A DNA stretch of 64,000 bases, taken from NCBI RefSeq assembly GCF_009914755.1, contig NC_060947.1, one strand, 5' to 3'. The notes under the pieces were generated by a model. It did no database searches. It saw nothing but the letters and a program-made list of their open reading frames with translations, and had not been told where the DNA came from. How positions within the stretch are numbered: the first letter of the stretch is position 1; each line of letters starts with the position of its first letter. A program made the translations under genes and the position numbers. Shown here one piece after another: positions 1 to 13,288 of the stretch. This stretch comes from the human T2T-CHM13v2.0 reference genome, Homo sapiens.

Positions 1-1898
1 TCCAGAAGATTATATTCTACAGGAGGATCCAAAGGACAAACCATTTACCAAAGCTATAAGAAATATTCTGGTGAGAGGGACATCAGCATCACTGAGAAGT
101 TCAGTAGTGGATCTCTTTTGCATGCCAGGGCTCAGAGTAGGAGAGGATCTTATGGAACAAGGATCACTGATAGAAATGATGATGCCTCTGAAACAATAGA
201 GGCAAGATAGTTGCACTTAACTGTCAGAAGTTAGGCGGATGTAAATACCACAATGCACTGCAGGGTCAGAGTGGCAGGTGGGGAGGCCTGACCTGCAGAG
301 AGCTATGGAGATGGTTAACAGAACACAGTACCCCTAGTGGGTAGATGGTTAAGAGACAGTTAATAGGACATGGACAGTCAATACAACATAATGTCCTGGG
401 GGGAAATAGGCAGCCAACAATCTGCACTCTATACAATCAAAAGAAATGAAAGGTGTTCACAGGTTTGAGGGAGGTTGCCTCAATAAAAAGTCATAATTAC
501 TTATCCAGCTTCTAGTCTCAAGTCAGGTTTTGATCCACAATACATGGTTTGAAAGAAAGGCCGAGTGCCCAGGAAGAAGGACCCTACAACGCATGTGTAG
601 TAATGATTTCTCTGGTCCTTCCATTTACTCAGGTAACTGTGTACCAAGGAAAGAGAAATACTCGAACATTTTGAGAACAGATGGACACTGGTTCTGAGTT
701 GATATTGACACCCAGAGACCTAAAGTGTCTTAATTGTCCCCCTTATTAGAATGGGGGCACATGGGAGCCAAGTATTAAGGGGGATCCTGGCCTAGGTAGG
801 GTTCACAGTGGGCCCACTGAGTTCACAGACCCACTCAGTGGTTATGTTTTTGATCTCTGAATGTATAATTGGAATAGACATAGTTGGTTAGTTGGTACAA
901 GCCCTATAGTAGTTCTTTGGCCTGTGGAGTCAGAGCTATTTGTAGATGAGAAGGCCAAGTGGAAGCTTCTGAAACTGCCCTCACCTTCCCTGGCCAAGAT
1001 AGTAAATGAAAACATATGGCATCTGTGGAGTGGAGGATGGCAGAAATTATTGCCGCCTTTGAAGACCTAGAGAATGAAGAGGTGTGGTCTCCATCATATC
1101 TTCGTTTAATTCACCAGTTTAATCCCCTGCAAAATGTGGACAGAGCCTAGATGACACTAGACTACTGAAAACTCAGCCAAGTAGTAAGACAATTGCAATG
1201 GCATACCAGACATGATATCTTTGCTACAGCAGAAAGCATGGCCTTAAGTACCTAGTTTTTAGCTATTGATTTAGAAAATGTGTTTTTTTCCCTATCTGTA
1301 TCATAATGGAAAGTTCATATTCACACAGAATGGATAACAGTATGCATACACAGTTTTTCCTCAGTGCTCTACTAACTATCATGTCCTCTGTCATAATATA
1401 GTCTGAAGAGGTCTGGACCACTCGAACATCCTTCAGAATATAGTACTAGTCCACAATGTCTGTGACATCATGCTAATTGGACCAAAATAAGTAGGAAGGG
1501 GCCAGCACATTGGAGGCCTTAGTAAGGCACATGCACTATGGAGAATGGGAGATGAACCCTACAAAGATCCAGGCGGTTGGCCACATTAAGTATAATTTTT
1601 AGGGGTTGAATGGCCTGGGGAATGCTAGAATATCCTCTCAAAGGGAAGGACAAATTAAGGTATTTTTTACCTTCTTCACAGAGAATTTTCTGGAAGTGCA
1701 CTGCCTGGTAGGCCTCTTTGGGTTCTGGAAATATCACATTTCACACCTGGAATTACTGTTTCACCCCATATACTGGGTGACACAAAAAGTGCCAGCTTTG
1801 AGGAGAACTATAGCAGAACAAGGCCCTATAGCAGGTCCAGGATGCATTTTTAGGCAGTCCTGCCACTTGATGCATACAAGAGACAGTCCTTATGGTAC

Positions 1899-2516
1899 TG
1901 ATTCAGGTGAACTCCAAAAGTGGGGCTTAGCCCGGGAGGGTTCTTGGCTTCACTCAGGAAAGAATTCAAGAGCAAGCTGACGGTAAAAGAAGGCAAGTTT
2001 ATTAGAGCAATAGTGTATAGCAAAATGGCTGCTCCATGGACAGACCAGGGCTGTCTCATAGGCAAAGGAGCCCTGAGTAGCAGTGTGCAGCAAAGTTGCT
2101 GCTCCACAGGCAAAGCAGCCTGGAGCAGCAGTAGCAGCAGCAGCAGCAGCAATATATAGCAACAGTAGCATTCTGGAGCAGCAGAGGGAGCAGTAGCAGC
2201 AGTTCTGCTGGCTAGCTATATTTATACCCACTCATAATTATATGCTAATGAAGGAATGGGTTTTTGGAATTTTCTAGAAAAGGAGTGGAAAGTTCCTAGA
2301 ACCATATAAGGCAACTTCTAGGTCATTGCCATGGCACATTGCCATGGCATTTGTAAACTGTCATGGCACTGGTTGGAGTGTCTTTAATAATGAGCAGTGA
2401 GGACAACCAGAGGTTGCTTTTTTCATCATCTCCTGGTGTCTTTACTGCATCCTGTTTTTGATGAGCAGGGCCATTACCAGTGCTTGGAAAACAAGTCCTG
2501 CTGATGTCCTATCTCA
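1899..2516 (-). mobile_element. ERV1 solo LTR, MER66/MER41-group-like
   Basis: TG...CA termini; 4-bp TSD GTAC (1895-1898)/GTAT (2517-2520); contains CCATGGCATTTGTAAACTGTCATGGC block typical of the MER41/MER66 group; interrupts the ERVL pol reading. Confidence 0.7.
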
Positions 2517-2830
2517 GTATTAGAGGTATCTGTGTTGGAAAAAGATGCCATGTGGAGTTTTTGGAAGTCCCTATGGGAAAGGCCCTATGGGAAGCCCCTA
2601 TGGGGAAATCGCAACTTAGCTAGGGTTGTGGAGCAAAGCCATGTCATATGAATGGAAAATTATATACCTTTTAAGAACAGCTCCTGACATGCTACTACAT
2701 CCTGGTAGAGATGAAATGCCTGACTATAGAACATCTAGTGGCCATGCAGCCAGAACTGCTTCATGAGCTGAGTTCTGTCAGATCCACCAAGGTATAAGGT
2801 TGAGTAGCCCCGGCAATGAGATGGAAGTTT

Positions 2831-3129
2831 CTTTTTTGTTTCTCTTTTTGAGACAGGGTCTTGCTCTGTCACCCAGGCTGGAGTGCAGTGGCACGATCAT
2901 GGCTCACTGCAGCCTTGACCTCCTGGCTCAAGTATCCTCCCACCTCAGCCTCCTGAGTAGTAGGAATATAGTCACACACCATCATACCTCGCTAATCTTT
3001 TAATTTTTTTGTAGAGCTTAGGCTCCACTATGTTGCTCAGGCTGGTCTCAAACTCCTGGGCTTGAGGGCCTTTCCTGCCTTGGTCTCCCAAAGTGCTGGG
3101 ATTAGAGGCATGAGCCACTGTGTCCAGCC
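2831..3129 (-). mobile_element. Alu (AluJ-like)
   Basis: Dimeric Alu; TSD AGATGGAAGTTT at 2819-2830 and 3131-3142. Confidence 0.92.
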
Positions 3130-3309
3130 AAGATGGAAGTTTTATATATGGGATCAAGCACAAGCAGGACTGGAGGGCATAAGCAGTTGCACAATCAGGT
3201 AGAGCAGATCCTCTATGATAGCCACCACTGTTGCACTAGTACCTTTCCTTATCTATAGCTATGGCCTTACACCAGATCCTATGTGACACAGGCATTCAAG
3301 TGTTCTTTA

Positions 3310-5003
3310 TTTTTTTTTTATTTTTATTTTTTTCTTCTTCTTTAGGACAATTTGCTTAATTTATTGCCTTGGAATTTTTTTTCTCTTTTTTTAATTATAC
3401 TTTTAGGGTACATGTGCACAATGTGCAGGTTAGTTACATATGTATACATGTGCCATGCTGGTGTGCTGCACCCATTAACTCGTCATTTAACATTAGGTAT
3501 ATCTCCTAATGCTATCCCTCCCCCCTCCCCCCACCCCACAACAGGCCCTGGTGTGTGATGTTCCCCTTCCTGTGTCCATGTGTTCTCATTGTTCAATTCC
3601 CACCTATGAGTGAGAACATGCAGTGTTTGGTTTTTTGTCCTTGTGATAGTATGCTGAGAATGATGGTTTCCAGCTTCATCCATGTCCCTATAAAGGACAT
3701 GAATTCATCCTTTTTTATGGCTGCATAGTATTCCATGGTGTATATGTGCCACATTTTCTTAATCCAGTCTATCATTGTTGGACTTTTGGGTTGGTTCCAA
3801 GTCTTTGCTATTGTGAATAGTGTTGCAATAAACATACATGTGCATGTGTCTTTATAGCAGCATGATTTATAATCCTTTGGGTATATACGCAGTAATGGGA
3901 TTGCTGGGTCAAATGGTATTTCTAGTTCTAGATCCCTGAGGAATCGCCACACTGACTTCCACAATGGTTGAACTAGTTTACAGTCCCACCAACAGTGTAA
4001 AAGTGTTCCTATTTCTCTACATCCTCTCCAGCACCTGTTGTTTCCTTACTTTTTAATGATCACCATTCTAACTGGTGTGAGATGGTATCTCATTGTGGTT
4101 TTGATTTGCATTTCTCTGATGGCCAGTGGTGATGAGCATTTTTTCATGTGTCTTTTGCCTGCATAAATGTCTTCTTTTGAGAAGTGTCTGTTCATATCCT
4201 TCGCCCACTTTTTGATGGGGCTGTTTGTTTTTTTCTTGTAAATTTATTTGAGTTCATTGTAGATTCTGGATATTAGCCCTTTGTCAGATGAGTAGATTGC
4301 AAAAATTTTCTCCCATTCTGTAGGTTGCCTGTTCACTCTGATGGTAGTTTCTTTTGCTGTGCAGAAGCTCTTTAGTTGAATTAGAGCCCATTTGTCAATT
4401 TTGGCTTTTGTTGCCATTGCTTTTGGTGTTTTAGACATGAAGTCCTTGCCCATGCCTATGTCCTGAATGGTAATGCCTAGGTTTTCTTCTAGGGTTTTTA
4501 TGGTTTTAGGTCTAATATTTAAGTCTTTAATCCATCTTGAATTAATTTTTGTATAAGGTGTAAGGAAGGGATCCAGTTTCAGCTTTCTACATATGGCTAG
4601 CCAGTTTTCCCAGCACCATTTATTAAATAGGGAATCCTTTCCCCATTTCTTGTTTTTGTCATGTTTGTCAAAGATCAGATGGTTGTAGATATGTGGCATT
4701 ATTTCTGAGGGCTCTGTTCTATTCCATTGGTCTATATCTCTGTTTTGGTACCAGTACCATGCTGTTTTGGTTACTGTAGCCTTGTAGTATAGTTTGAAGT
4801 CAGGTAGCCTGATGCCTCCAGCTTTGTTCTTTTGGCTTAGGATTGACTTGGCAATGCGGGCTCTTTTTTGGTTCCATATGAACTTTAAAGTAGTTTTTCC
4901 CAATTCTGTGAAGAAAGTCATTGGTAGCTTGATGGGGATGGCATTGAATCTATAAATTACCTTGGGCAGTATGGCCATTTTCACGATATTGATTCTTCCT
5001 ACC
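3310..5003 (-). mobile_element. 5'-truncated L1PA (about PA4-like) with short 3' transduction
   Basis: ORF2 C-terminal ORFs 4244-4984 and 3593-3964; L1 3'UTR; two poly(T) tracts; TSD CAAGTGTTCTTTA at 3297-3309 and 5004-5016. Confidence 0.93.
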
Positions 5004-5439
5004 CAAGTGTTCTTTAATAAGTTTGTGTGTGTGTGTGTGTGAGAGAGAGAAGGAGGGAGAGATTCTAGACCCCAGACCCTTCAAAACATGGGACTTAGGG
5101 GGGCCTTCTGGCTCAGTCCTAAGAGCCCTCCTGCCTAGTTATGAGGCTAGGGTAGCAGTGGACAACATTTCTAAATGTTTTGGAGAGATAGCTGGTCTTA
5201 TAGTCAGTTCTGGGTCTGACTCTGGCCCCGGGTCCCCAGATTCTTACTCTAGTGTTGTTGTAGTAGTAGACTTAGGGCTTAGAGGCTGGTTTAAGATTTT
5301 GAGTACAGTGGGTTTGCTGGGTCATGCACATATAAGAAATCATATAACACCACTTTTCAAAGGTGAAAATGCAATCCTTCTTCTTGGGCAAAAAGGTCCA
5401 TTTCTGAAAATCATATGAACTGATTGGTCCTTGAGGCAG

Positions 5440-6210
5440 TTTAGTGTAGGGGAAAGAATATAATCTGGAGTGAGGAATGAATGGGGAGGGATATTAACAT
5501 TTCTCTTCCCCTTTTATTTTTCAGACATAAAGGAGAAGATTTGGGAGAGGGAGAGGATTAATCCTGATTTGAACTCTTCGAATTTGAAGTGCTTATGTAC
5601 TATGATTTGAATATGGTTTATCCCCATCCAAAGTCATGTTGAGGATGGGTTCCCAATGTGACAGTGTTGGGAGGTGGTACCCTTAAGAGGCATTTGTGTC
5701 ATGAGGAATCTCTCCTGATGAGGGTATGAATGCAGTCTCTTTGGAGTGGGAGAGTTCTTGTGCTCATGGGACTGGATTAGTTACTGTGAGGAGGTTGGTT
5801 GTTATAAAGTGAGTCTGCCTCTTGTGCTTGGTGTCTTTTGCGTGTACCTGTTTCCCCTTTTGTTTCTTTGCCATGTTTTGATGCCCTCAAAAGAAGTTGT
5901 CGGATGTGACTGCCCAGTCTTGAACTTCCCAGCCCTCAAAACTGTGAGTTAAATAAAACGTTTCTTTATAAATGTCTAAGTCTTAGGCATTCTCTTATAG
6001 CAACACACAACAAACTAAGACACTGTGGGACTTCCAAGTGGAGAAGCTCAGTATTGATTTGAGAGGTATGGGTCTAGAGCTCAGAATAAATGTCTGGGCT
6101 GAATATACATATTACAGATGATAACAGAAGAGTAAGTCAGGTAGCCTCAGTGAAGAGTACAGATGGAAAAACTGAGGACAGAACACTGAGGAAGCCTAGT
6201 ACATGTGGGG
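5440..6210 (-). mobile_element. L2 fragment, split by a MaLR LTR
   Basis: TTTGAAGTGC...GGACTTCCAAGTGGAGA...GGGTCTAGAGCTCAG resembles the L2 3' region. Confidence 0.55.
5598..6022 (+). mobile_element. MaLR solo LTR (MST-like)
   Basis: Starts TACTATGATTTGAATATGG and ends CAAACTAAGACA; AATAAA near 5952; degenerate 5-bp TSD TTATG/CTGTG. Confidence 0.8.
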
Positions 6211-6289
6211 CTTTGGCAGAGAATAGTGCAGAATTGAAACCGAGGGTACAGCCTTCCAGCAGTATTATCATGCATGTCCTTGTACATCC

Positions 6290-6905
<616 letters not shown>

Positions 6906-6912
6906 AATATTC

Positions 6913-7310
6913 TTCTATTAGTCTACTTGGGCCGCTACAACAAAATACCACAGACTGGGTGGCTCACAAACAGCAGAAACTTATTTGCTGGAGGCTAAGG
7001 AGTCCAAGATCAAAATGCCAAAAGTTTCTGGTAAGGGCTTTTTTCATGGCTTGTCAATGGCTGCTTTCTCACTGTGTCCTCATGTGGCCTTTCCTTGGTG
7101 CGTTGAGAGAGAGAGAGAAAGAGAGAGAGAGACACTTTCTGATGTCTCTTCTTATAAGGATACTAATCCTACAAAATCAGAACCCCACCCTTATGATTTC
7201 ATTTAACCTCAATTACTTCCTTAGAGGTCCTATTTCCAAATACAGCCACATTGAAAGTTAGGGCTTTAACATGTGAATTTTGCGGGGACACAACCATTCA
7301 GTCCATAATG
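6913..7310 (-). mobile_element. MaLR solo LTR (MLT1A-like)
   Basis: CAAAATACCACAGACTGGGTGGCT...GGGGACACAACCATTCAGTCCATAA motifs. Confidence 0.75.
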
Positions 7311-7789
7311 GTTCTCAAGCTTCCAGTTCTTTACACAGAATTGGAGTACTCTATGTTCAATTTCAGAACCTGGTTTTTAAAATGTAATTTTCATAGTTAT
7401 AGGGTACCATAACAATTACAGAAATCCTACAGAACCTTCCTTCATCCTTCCCCACCCCAGATTTCTGCTTCCAAATTAATTTCAATTTCCTTTTAAAATT
7501 ACTTTTAATTCCAGATTACTTACAATTCTCTTAACTATTTCTTCTGATATTGCCTTTATATTTTTTATTAACTATTTTATTTCTTGATTTTTAAATTTTA
7601 TGTATCAGCTGGGACTTCCTACAGTGGAAGGATTCAGTTGTCTTATACCTCCCATCCTATACACAACCATACTTCTCCCATATTCTCCCAATATATTGTT
7701 GTTGTTGTATCACTATATTATGTTCAATCAATATTCAGTGTTTACATTATGTCTATGTAAGGATTTTTCACAATTGAGACATTAGAAGG

Positions 7790-8023
7790 AGAGGCAGGTA
7801 AGTGCATGGACTCTGCCACTAGACAGCCTGGCTTCAAATCCTGAATTTGTCATGTAATAGCTACATGATCTTGAACAAATCTCTTCCACTCTCTGTCTCA
7901 CTTTCCCCATATTTAAAATGGGAAATGGCATATCTCATAAGATTTCTATGAGGATTAAAAGATTAAGCACTCAGAGTCATACTTGGTACATAGTAATTGG
8001 CATCTATTATATATTATTGTTGT
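7790..8023 (+). mobile_element. MIR SINE
   Basis: GGCTTCAAATCCTG...TGATCTTGAACAAAT...CTCTGTCTCACTTTCCCCATATTTAAAATGGG MIR core. Confidence 0.75.
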
Positions 8024-8439
8024 CCATTATATAAATTTTTTCCCTAGAGTTCATGGATCCTTCTGTATTCCTGCTCCATTTTGGAAGATTACCCTTCAGG
8101 CCTAATGTACAGCTATTGTCCTAGAAACTCCCTTGTCATCATAGTGGAATTTTCTTAGTCTCTTTTTCATGTTGGATCTTGCTTTCCCTACATCCTATGG
8201 CTTAATCTTTCTTGATTTATGACCTCATTTTGACAAAGTAAATCTAGGTTTATGAGAAAGAGTGTATAGTATATAAATACCTTGAGATTTTGCCTGTCTG
8301 AAAATGCCTGTATTCTACCCTTACACTTGACTGGTAATTATTGGATATAAAATTCTAGGTTTAGGTCATTTCCCTCAGAATTTTAAAAATTTACTTTTCA
8401 AATCAAAGCTGTATATGCATATAGTTTAAAAATCCAATA

Positions 8440-8824
8440 CAGTCATGCACTGCATAACAACATCAATGATGGACAGCATATACAATGGTGGTCCCATAAG
8501 ATTATAATGAAGCTGAAAAATTCCTATCAGCTAGTGATGTCGTAGCCATTGTAATGTCGCAGCACAACACATTACCTTTTCTATGTTTAAATGTTTAGAT
8601 ATGTAAATACCATTGTGTAACAATTGCTAACAGTATTCAGTACAGTAACACGCTGTTCAGGTCTATAGCCTAGAAGCAATAGTTTATACCATATAGCCCA
8701 GGTAGGTAGTAGGCTATATCATCTAGGTTTGTGTAAATATACTCTGTAATGTTCACACAATGACTGTATCACCGAACAATGCATTTCTCAGAACGTATCT
8801 TCATTGTTAAGCAATGCATGAGTA
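8440..8824 (+). mobile_element. Tigger3/MER7-like non-autonomous DNA transposon
   Basis: Terminal inverted ends CAGTCATGCA...TGCATGAGTA flanked by TA; GGTGGTCCCATAAGATTATAATG motif. Confidence 0.8.
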
Positions 8825-8841
8825 TAATCATACAAGGCTAA

Positions 8842-9234
8842 TGTATTAGTCCTCTTGAGCTTCCATAACAAAATTCCACAGGTTGGGTGGATTAAACAAC
8901 AAAAATTTATTTTCTCATAGTTATGCAGGCTAGAATTCCAAGATCAAGACGCAGTCAGCATTAGTTTCTGGTGTAGCCTCTCTTCCTGGCTCGTATATGG
9001 CCACCTTCTTGTTGTGTCGTCACATGGCCTTTTCTCTGTGTGGGCGTGGAGATAGAGAGAGATCTTTGTTGTCTCTTCTTATAAGGACACCAATCCTATC
9101 AGATTAGGGCTCTATTCTTAGTACCCAATTTAACCATAATTACCTCCTTAAAGGCTCTATCTCTGAGTACAGTCACATTAAGGGTTTAGGGCTTCAATAT
9201 ATAAATTTTGGGGGACATGATTCAGTATATAACA
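8842..9234 (-). mobile_element. MaLR solo LTR (MLT1A-like)
   Basis: TGTATTAGT...TAACA termini; 5-bp TSD GCTAA/GCTTA. Confidence 0.8.
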
Positions 9235-10156
9235 GCTTACTATGAAAAACAGCAATATCCTTGTATCGCAACACTATTTTCTACACCCAGAAGCAATAAA
9301 TTTCAACTCTTTTAATGTATTATTTTGGTATTATCTACCTATGTCAAAATAACATACTTATATTGTTTCTTGATTTTTGAGTTTTAAGTCACTGACTTCC
9401 CACTATGGGAGATGAGTTTAGCTCTTCTTTTATACTCACCCCTGCTTATTGTAATCATACATTTCTACATTTCTTATACCCTGCCCTCTCAATTGCTTTA
9501 TTCTTATTTTAGTTATATTGACAGTATTATGTTGACTATGTACTTGTTATTGACAGTTGAGTTACATAGTATATTAGGATTATTTTTTCCTGTCCTGCAC
9601 AACTTTTTATTTTCTCTAGATTTAATTTCTTCCCCCCTCTCTTTTTCTATGTATTTATCACCAATTTATTTCCAAAATATACTCCCAATTATGTAAATAT
9701 TCTTCCATTATGTTTAAATAAATTAGGTATTCCAACAATTTCATTTTCTGGACAAAGTTTCTCTTGGGAATCTTTGGACCTGCTTTAAACTAGACTGGTT
9801 GCACTCTAGGCATGCAACACAACTTTTATTTTGGGATTTCTTTTCACAATAATCTTGGTGACTTTCCTTGCTCACTATTGTGTTAGATTCACTGTTTCCT
9901 GGATCTCACATCTCCCTCTTTCTTGGTTTATGCTCTCTTTTGGCAGAACAGAACATATCTTCCAGTAGCTTCCTGAGAAAGTGTATATGCAAAGCACACT
10001 TCTGAGATCTTTCAGGTTTGAAAGTCATTTTTCTTTTTTTTTAATCAAAAAATTTTATGTAAGCAAACAGCATACAGTATTAAAGGAAAAATATTTAATA
10101 TATTCAAGAATCACATCATGACAAATGATACAAATTTGTGAAATATCATTTCTTCC

Positions 10157-10284
10157 TCTTTTTGTATTTTTTTGTAGATGGTTTTGCCACATTGCCCAGG
10201 ATGGCCTTGAACTCCTGGGCTCAAGTGATCCACTTGCCTTGGCCCCCCAAAGTGCTGGGATTACAGGTATGAGACACTGAGCAC
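10157..10284 (-). mobile_element. Alu left monomer/FLAM-like fragment inside a TSD-flanked insertion
   Basis: GAACTCCTGGGCTCAAGTGATCC...AGTGCTGGGATTACAGG; no right arm. Confidence 0.85.
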
Positions 10285-12230
10285 TTTTCTATTTTAACTA
10301 AACTTGCCATCTTTTCCCCTGTGCTTTTCTGTTACTGTCCCCTCCTGTTTTCCTACTACATTGACAGGTTATCTTGAAAATGTCATTTTTCTACTCCAAT
10401 ACTTGATTGATAGCTTGGCTGGAGATGGAATTTTGAACTGGAAATTCTCTAAGAATTTTGAGGACATTGTTTCATTGTATTTTAGCTTCCAGTGTTGCTG
10501 TTGAGAAGTCAGATGTTACTCCAGTTCTTTTTTATATATTTACTTTTTCACTAGGTAATACATTCACATGGTTCAAATTAATAATAAAAAATGCAGTGAA
10601 AAACCTTCCTCCAACCAACATTCTTCTTCCACTCAGTTCCCCTTTTCCGAAAACAGATAACTATTGTTATTAGTTTCTTTTTCATACTTCCAGGATTTCA
10701 TCTTGCATATGTAAGGAAACATAAATGTAAATATTCTTATTTTACCCCTTTTATAAATGATGAAATATAGAATATATATACGCATATATTCACACACTTG
10801 CTGTCCTGCACTTTGCTTTTTTTAGGTTGTTTATTTGCTTGTTTTACTTAACAATATATCACGGAAGTCTTTCCACATGAGTACATAATTTACTCACATT
10901 TTACAGCTGCATAATCTCCCTTTGTGTGAATGTACCAATTTTATTTAGAAAGCTCTCTTCCAATGAATATTTTGATTATTTCCAGTCACTCCAATGACAA
11001 ACATTGCTTCAGTAAATAATCTCCAGTCTTCTGCCAGGGTCGGGGAGTGATAGTCACTGAGGTACTTGGAGTGGAAGGGTGAGGGTCTGTTTTTGAAACA
11101 TTTAACCAAGCCTCCTATTTTTGGTCTTATTTTCACCCTTGCTTATTACAGAATACTATTCTCTGAGGTTGGGGGTTATGTGATGTAAGTTATATTACTT
11201 CTCACCTTTCTCTACTTTAGGGATAGGATGCAGCTATCTCAAATCTAATAAGTTGATTGCAATGTGCCCATCTGTACTCCAGCTTCTAAAATTGTGTTAC
11301 TGTTGTCTCCTATCCTTTTCTTTTTTTATTGTACCTTTAAATATCTTTACTGTAATTTTAATGGGATTTTTAGGAAGAAATAAAGTCTAATGCTAAGTTC
11401 ATCCCCAAATATTTTATTGGGAGTTCATGCCTTAGAATTTTGAAATTATCCTTCTGAAATCGTTTAGTTGTGTGTGGTTTGAGAAGCCTAATGCTCTTCT
11501 ATTTCTTGTCCATTATACATGACATTTTTTTCCTCTCTGAAAATGTTTAGGTTCTTCTTTTCATCCTTAATATTTTGAAACTTATCAATAATATGATTTT
11601 TTAATTTTGTAGGTTGCTATGAAAAGAAAAATCATGATATTAAGTAAGTCTATTTTTATTCATTTTGATAGGAACTTAATGGGCTGTTTCAATCTAGTGA
11701 CACATATTTTGCATTAGTTCTTTAATGATTTTTTGATTTCTTGTATTAGCACTTTGATTGTTTCTTCTTACCATTTTTCTGTTCTTTCGTTATGGAACTT
11801 GTACTATTTCTGTTTTACCTCCCATATGATAATTTTATTATCTTTTTCCTATTTTAAAAAATCTCTTTCTTATTGTGTTCTACATTTGGGGATTTTTTCC
11901 CCTACTCTTTTGATCTTCTATTGATACATGGAGCTTTTCCTGACCTCTGATTGTTTCTTTTAAAATAGAATTCTGCACGTGTCTCATGGATATTATATAT
12001 TCTTATCTATTTATGGATATTATAGATTTTTATGGCTTTCTTCTGTTTCATGTATTGTCTATTTTACTCTCAGCTTCCTTTTTATGGCCTTTTGTCTTGG
12101 TCTCACCAAAACAATGTTAGTCCTCTAACAAACATATATTTATCTTTAAGAATGAGCCCCTCCATAGGGTTAGGAGGGATCCAGTTATATCATTGTGGCA
12201 CACACAAATGCCAGTTTTCATAGATACTTT

Positions 12231-12338
12231 TTTTTTTTCTGAGCATTCTGTTGCCCACACTGGAGTGTAGTGGCGTGATCATAGTTTGCTGTAACTTTGA
12301 AATCTTGGGCTCAAGTGACCCTCCCACCTCAACCTCTG
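12231..12338 (-). mobile_element. 5'-truncated Alu right arm (AluJ-like)
   Basis: Poly(T) then Alu 3' sequence; flanking repeat TAGATACTTT (12221-12230)/TAGGTACTTT (12339-12348). Confidence 0.8.
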
Positions 12339-12687
12339 TAGGTACTTTTTATTAGGCTAATTAGTTTACATGGAGAGGAATCCTCCAATCTCCTTCCTTG
12401 GGCTTATAAGCACAGTTGACAGTGCTCAGGAGGCTGAGCGAGGGAAAGGACCTTGAGTGGGGAGAATGTCTCACCTTTCAATATGCAAACTCTCACTTAA
12501 TTATTCCTTTTTTTTTTTAGTACAACTTATTATACCCACCTTAGCTGCACTCATAAGTTCAGACCTTTTCTGGTTTAACTTCTCCAGAAAGTAAACCATC
12601 TGTTTTCTGAGAGAACTCACCTAGTATAGGGGCTGGAGGAGAAGATCTTGGGGTCTAACTGCCCCTTATTAAAAATTTCAACTAATG

Positions 12688-12985
<298 letters not shown>

Positions 12986-13288
12986 CTAATCCTTTTGTTC
13001 TTAGTCCAATGAGGACCCTTCAGCAGTTAACTGGTGCCTCAAATTCCTGAGCTTCTGTACTGCTCTGTGGAGTGAATCACATACTCCTAACTCATCATCA
13101 TCATTCATGGGAGATTGGAGTTTCCGCTTTTCCTGTTTTTCTAGGTCATTCAATGTTTATCCACTGATCTTCCAATATTTTGTTAATATATTCCATGAAC
13201 TATTATTTCTTCTCCATTTCTGTTTGTATTTCTGATTATTTTAATGAGATTTCAAGATGGACTTGAGATAAATGCATATGTTGTATTC

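Larger units (their letters stand above)
1..3270 (+). mobile_element. Degenerate ERVL (class III) internal region: gag end, protease, RT, tether; split by an LTR and an Alu
   Basis: Frame from 2 reads PEDYILQEDPKDKPFTKAIRNILVRGTSASLRSSVV (ERVL gag-like); MDTGSELILTP at 681 (aspartic protease DTG); AIDLENVFFS near 1262 and LVHNVCDIMLIG near 1446 (degenerate YIDD region); MVLEVSV reading resumes across the 1899-2516 insertion. Many stops and frameshifts. Confidence 0.8.

Noticed and set aside
2261-2290. MER41-like interferon-responsive GAS site in the LTR
   Set aside because: TTTCTAGAAA does not match TTCNNNGAA, so no intact motif.
5023-5418. 131-aa ORF in apparently unique sequence
   Set aside because: Non-ATG start inside a (TG)n repeat, no recognisable motif and no splice or promoter support visible.
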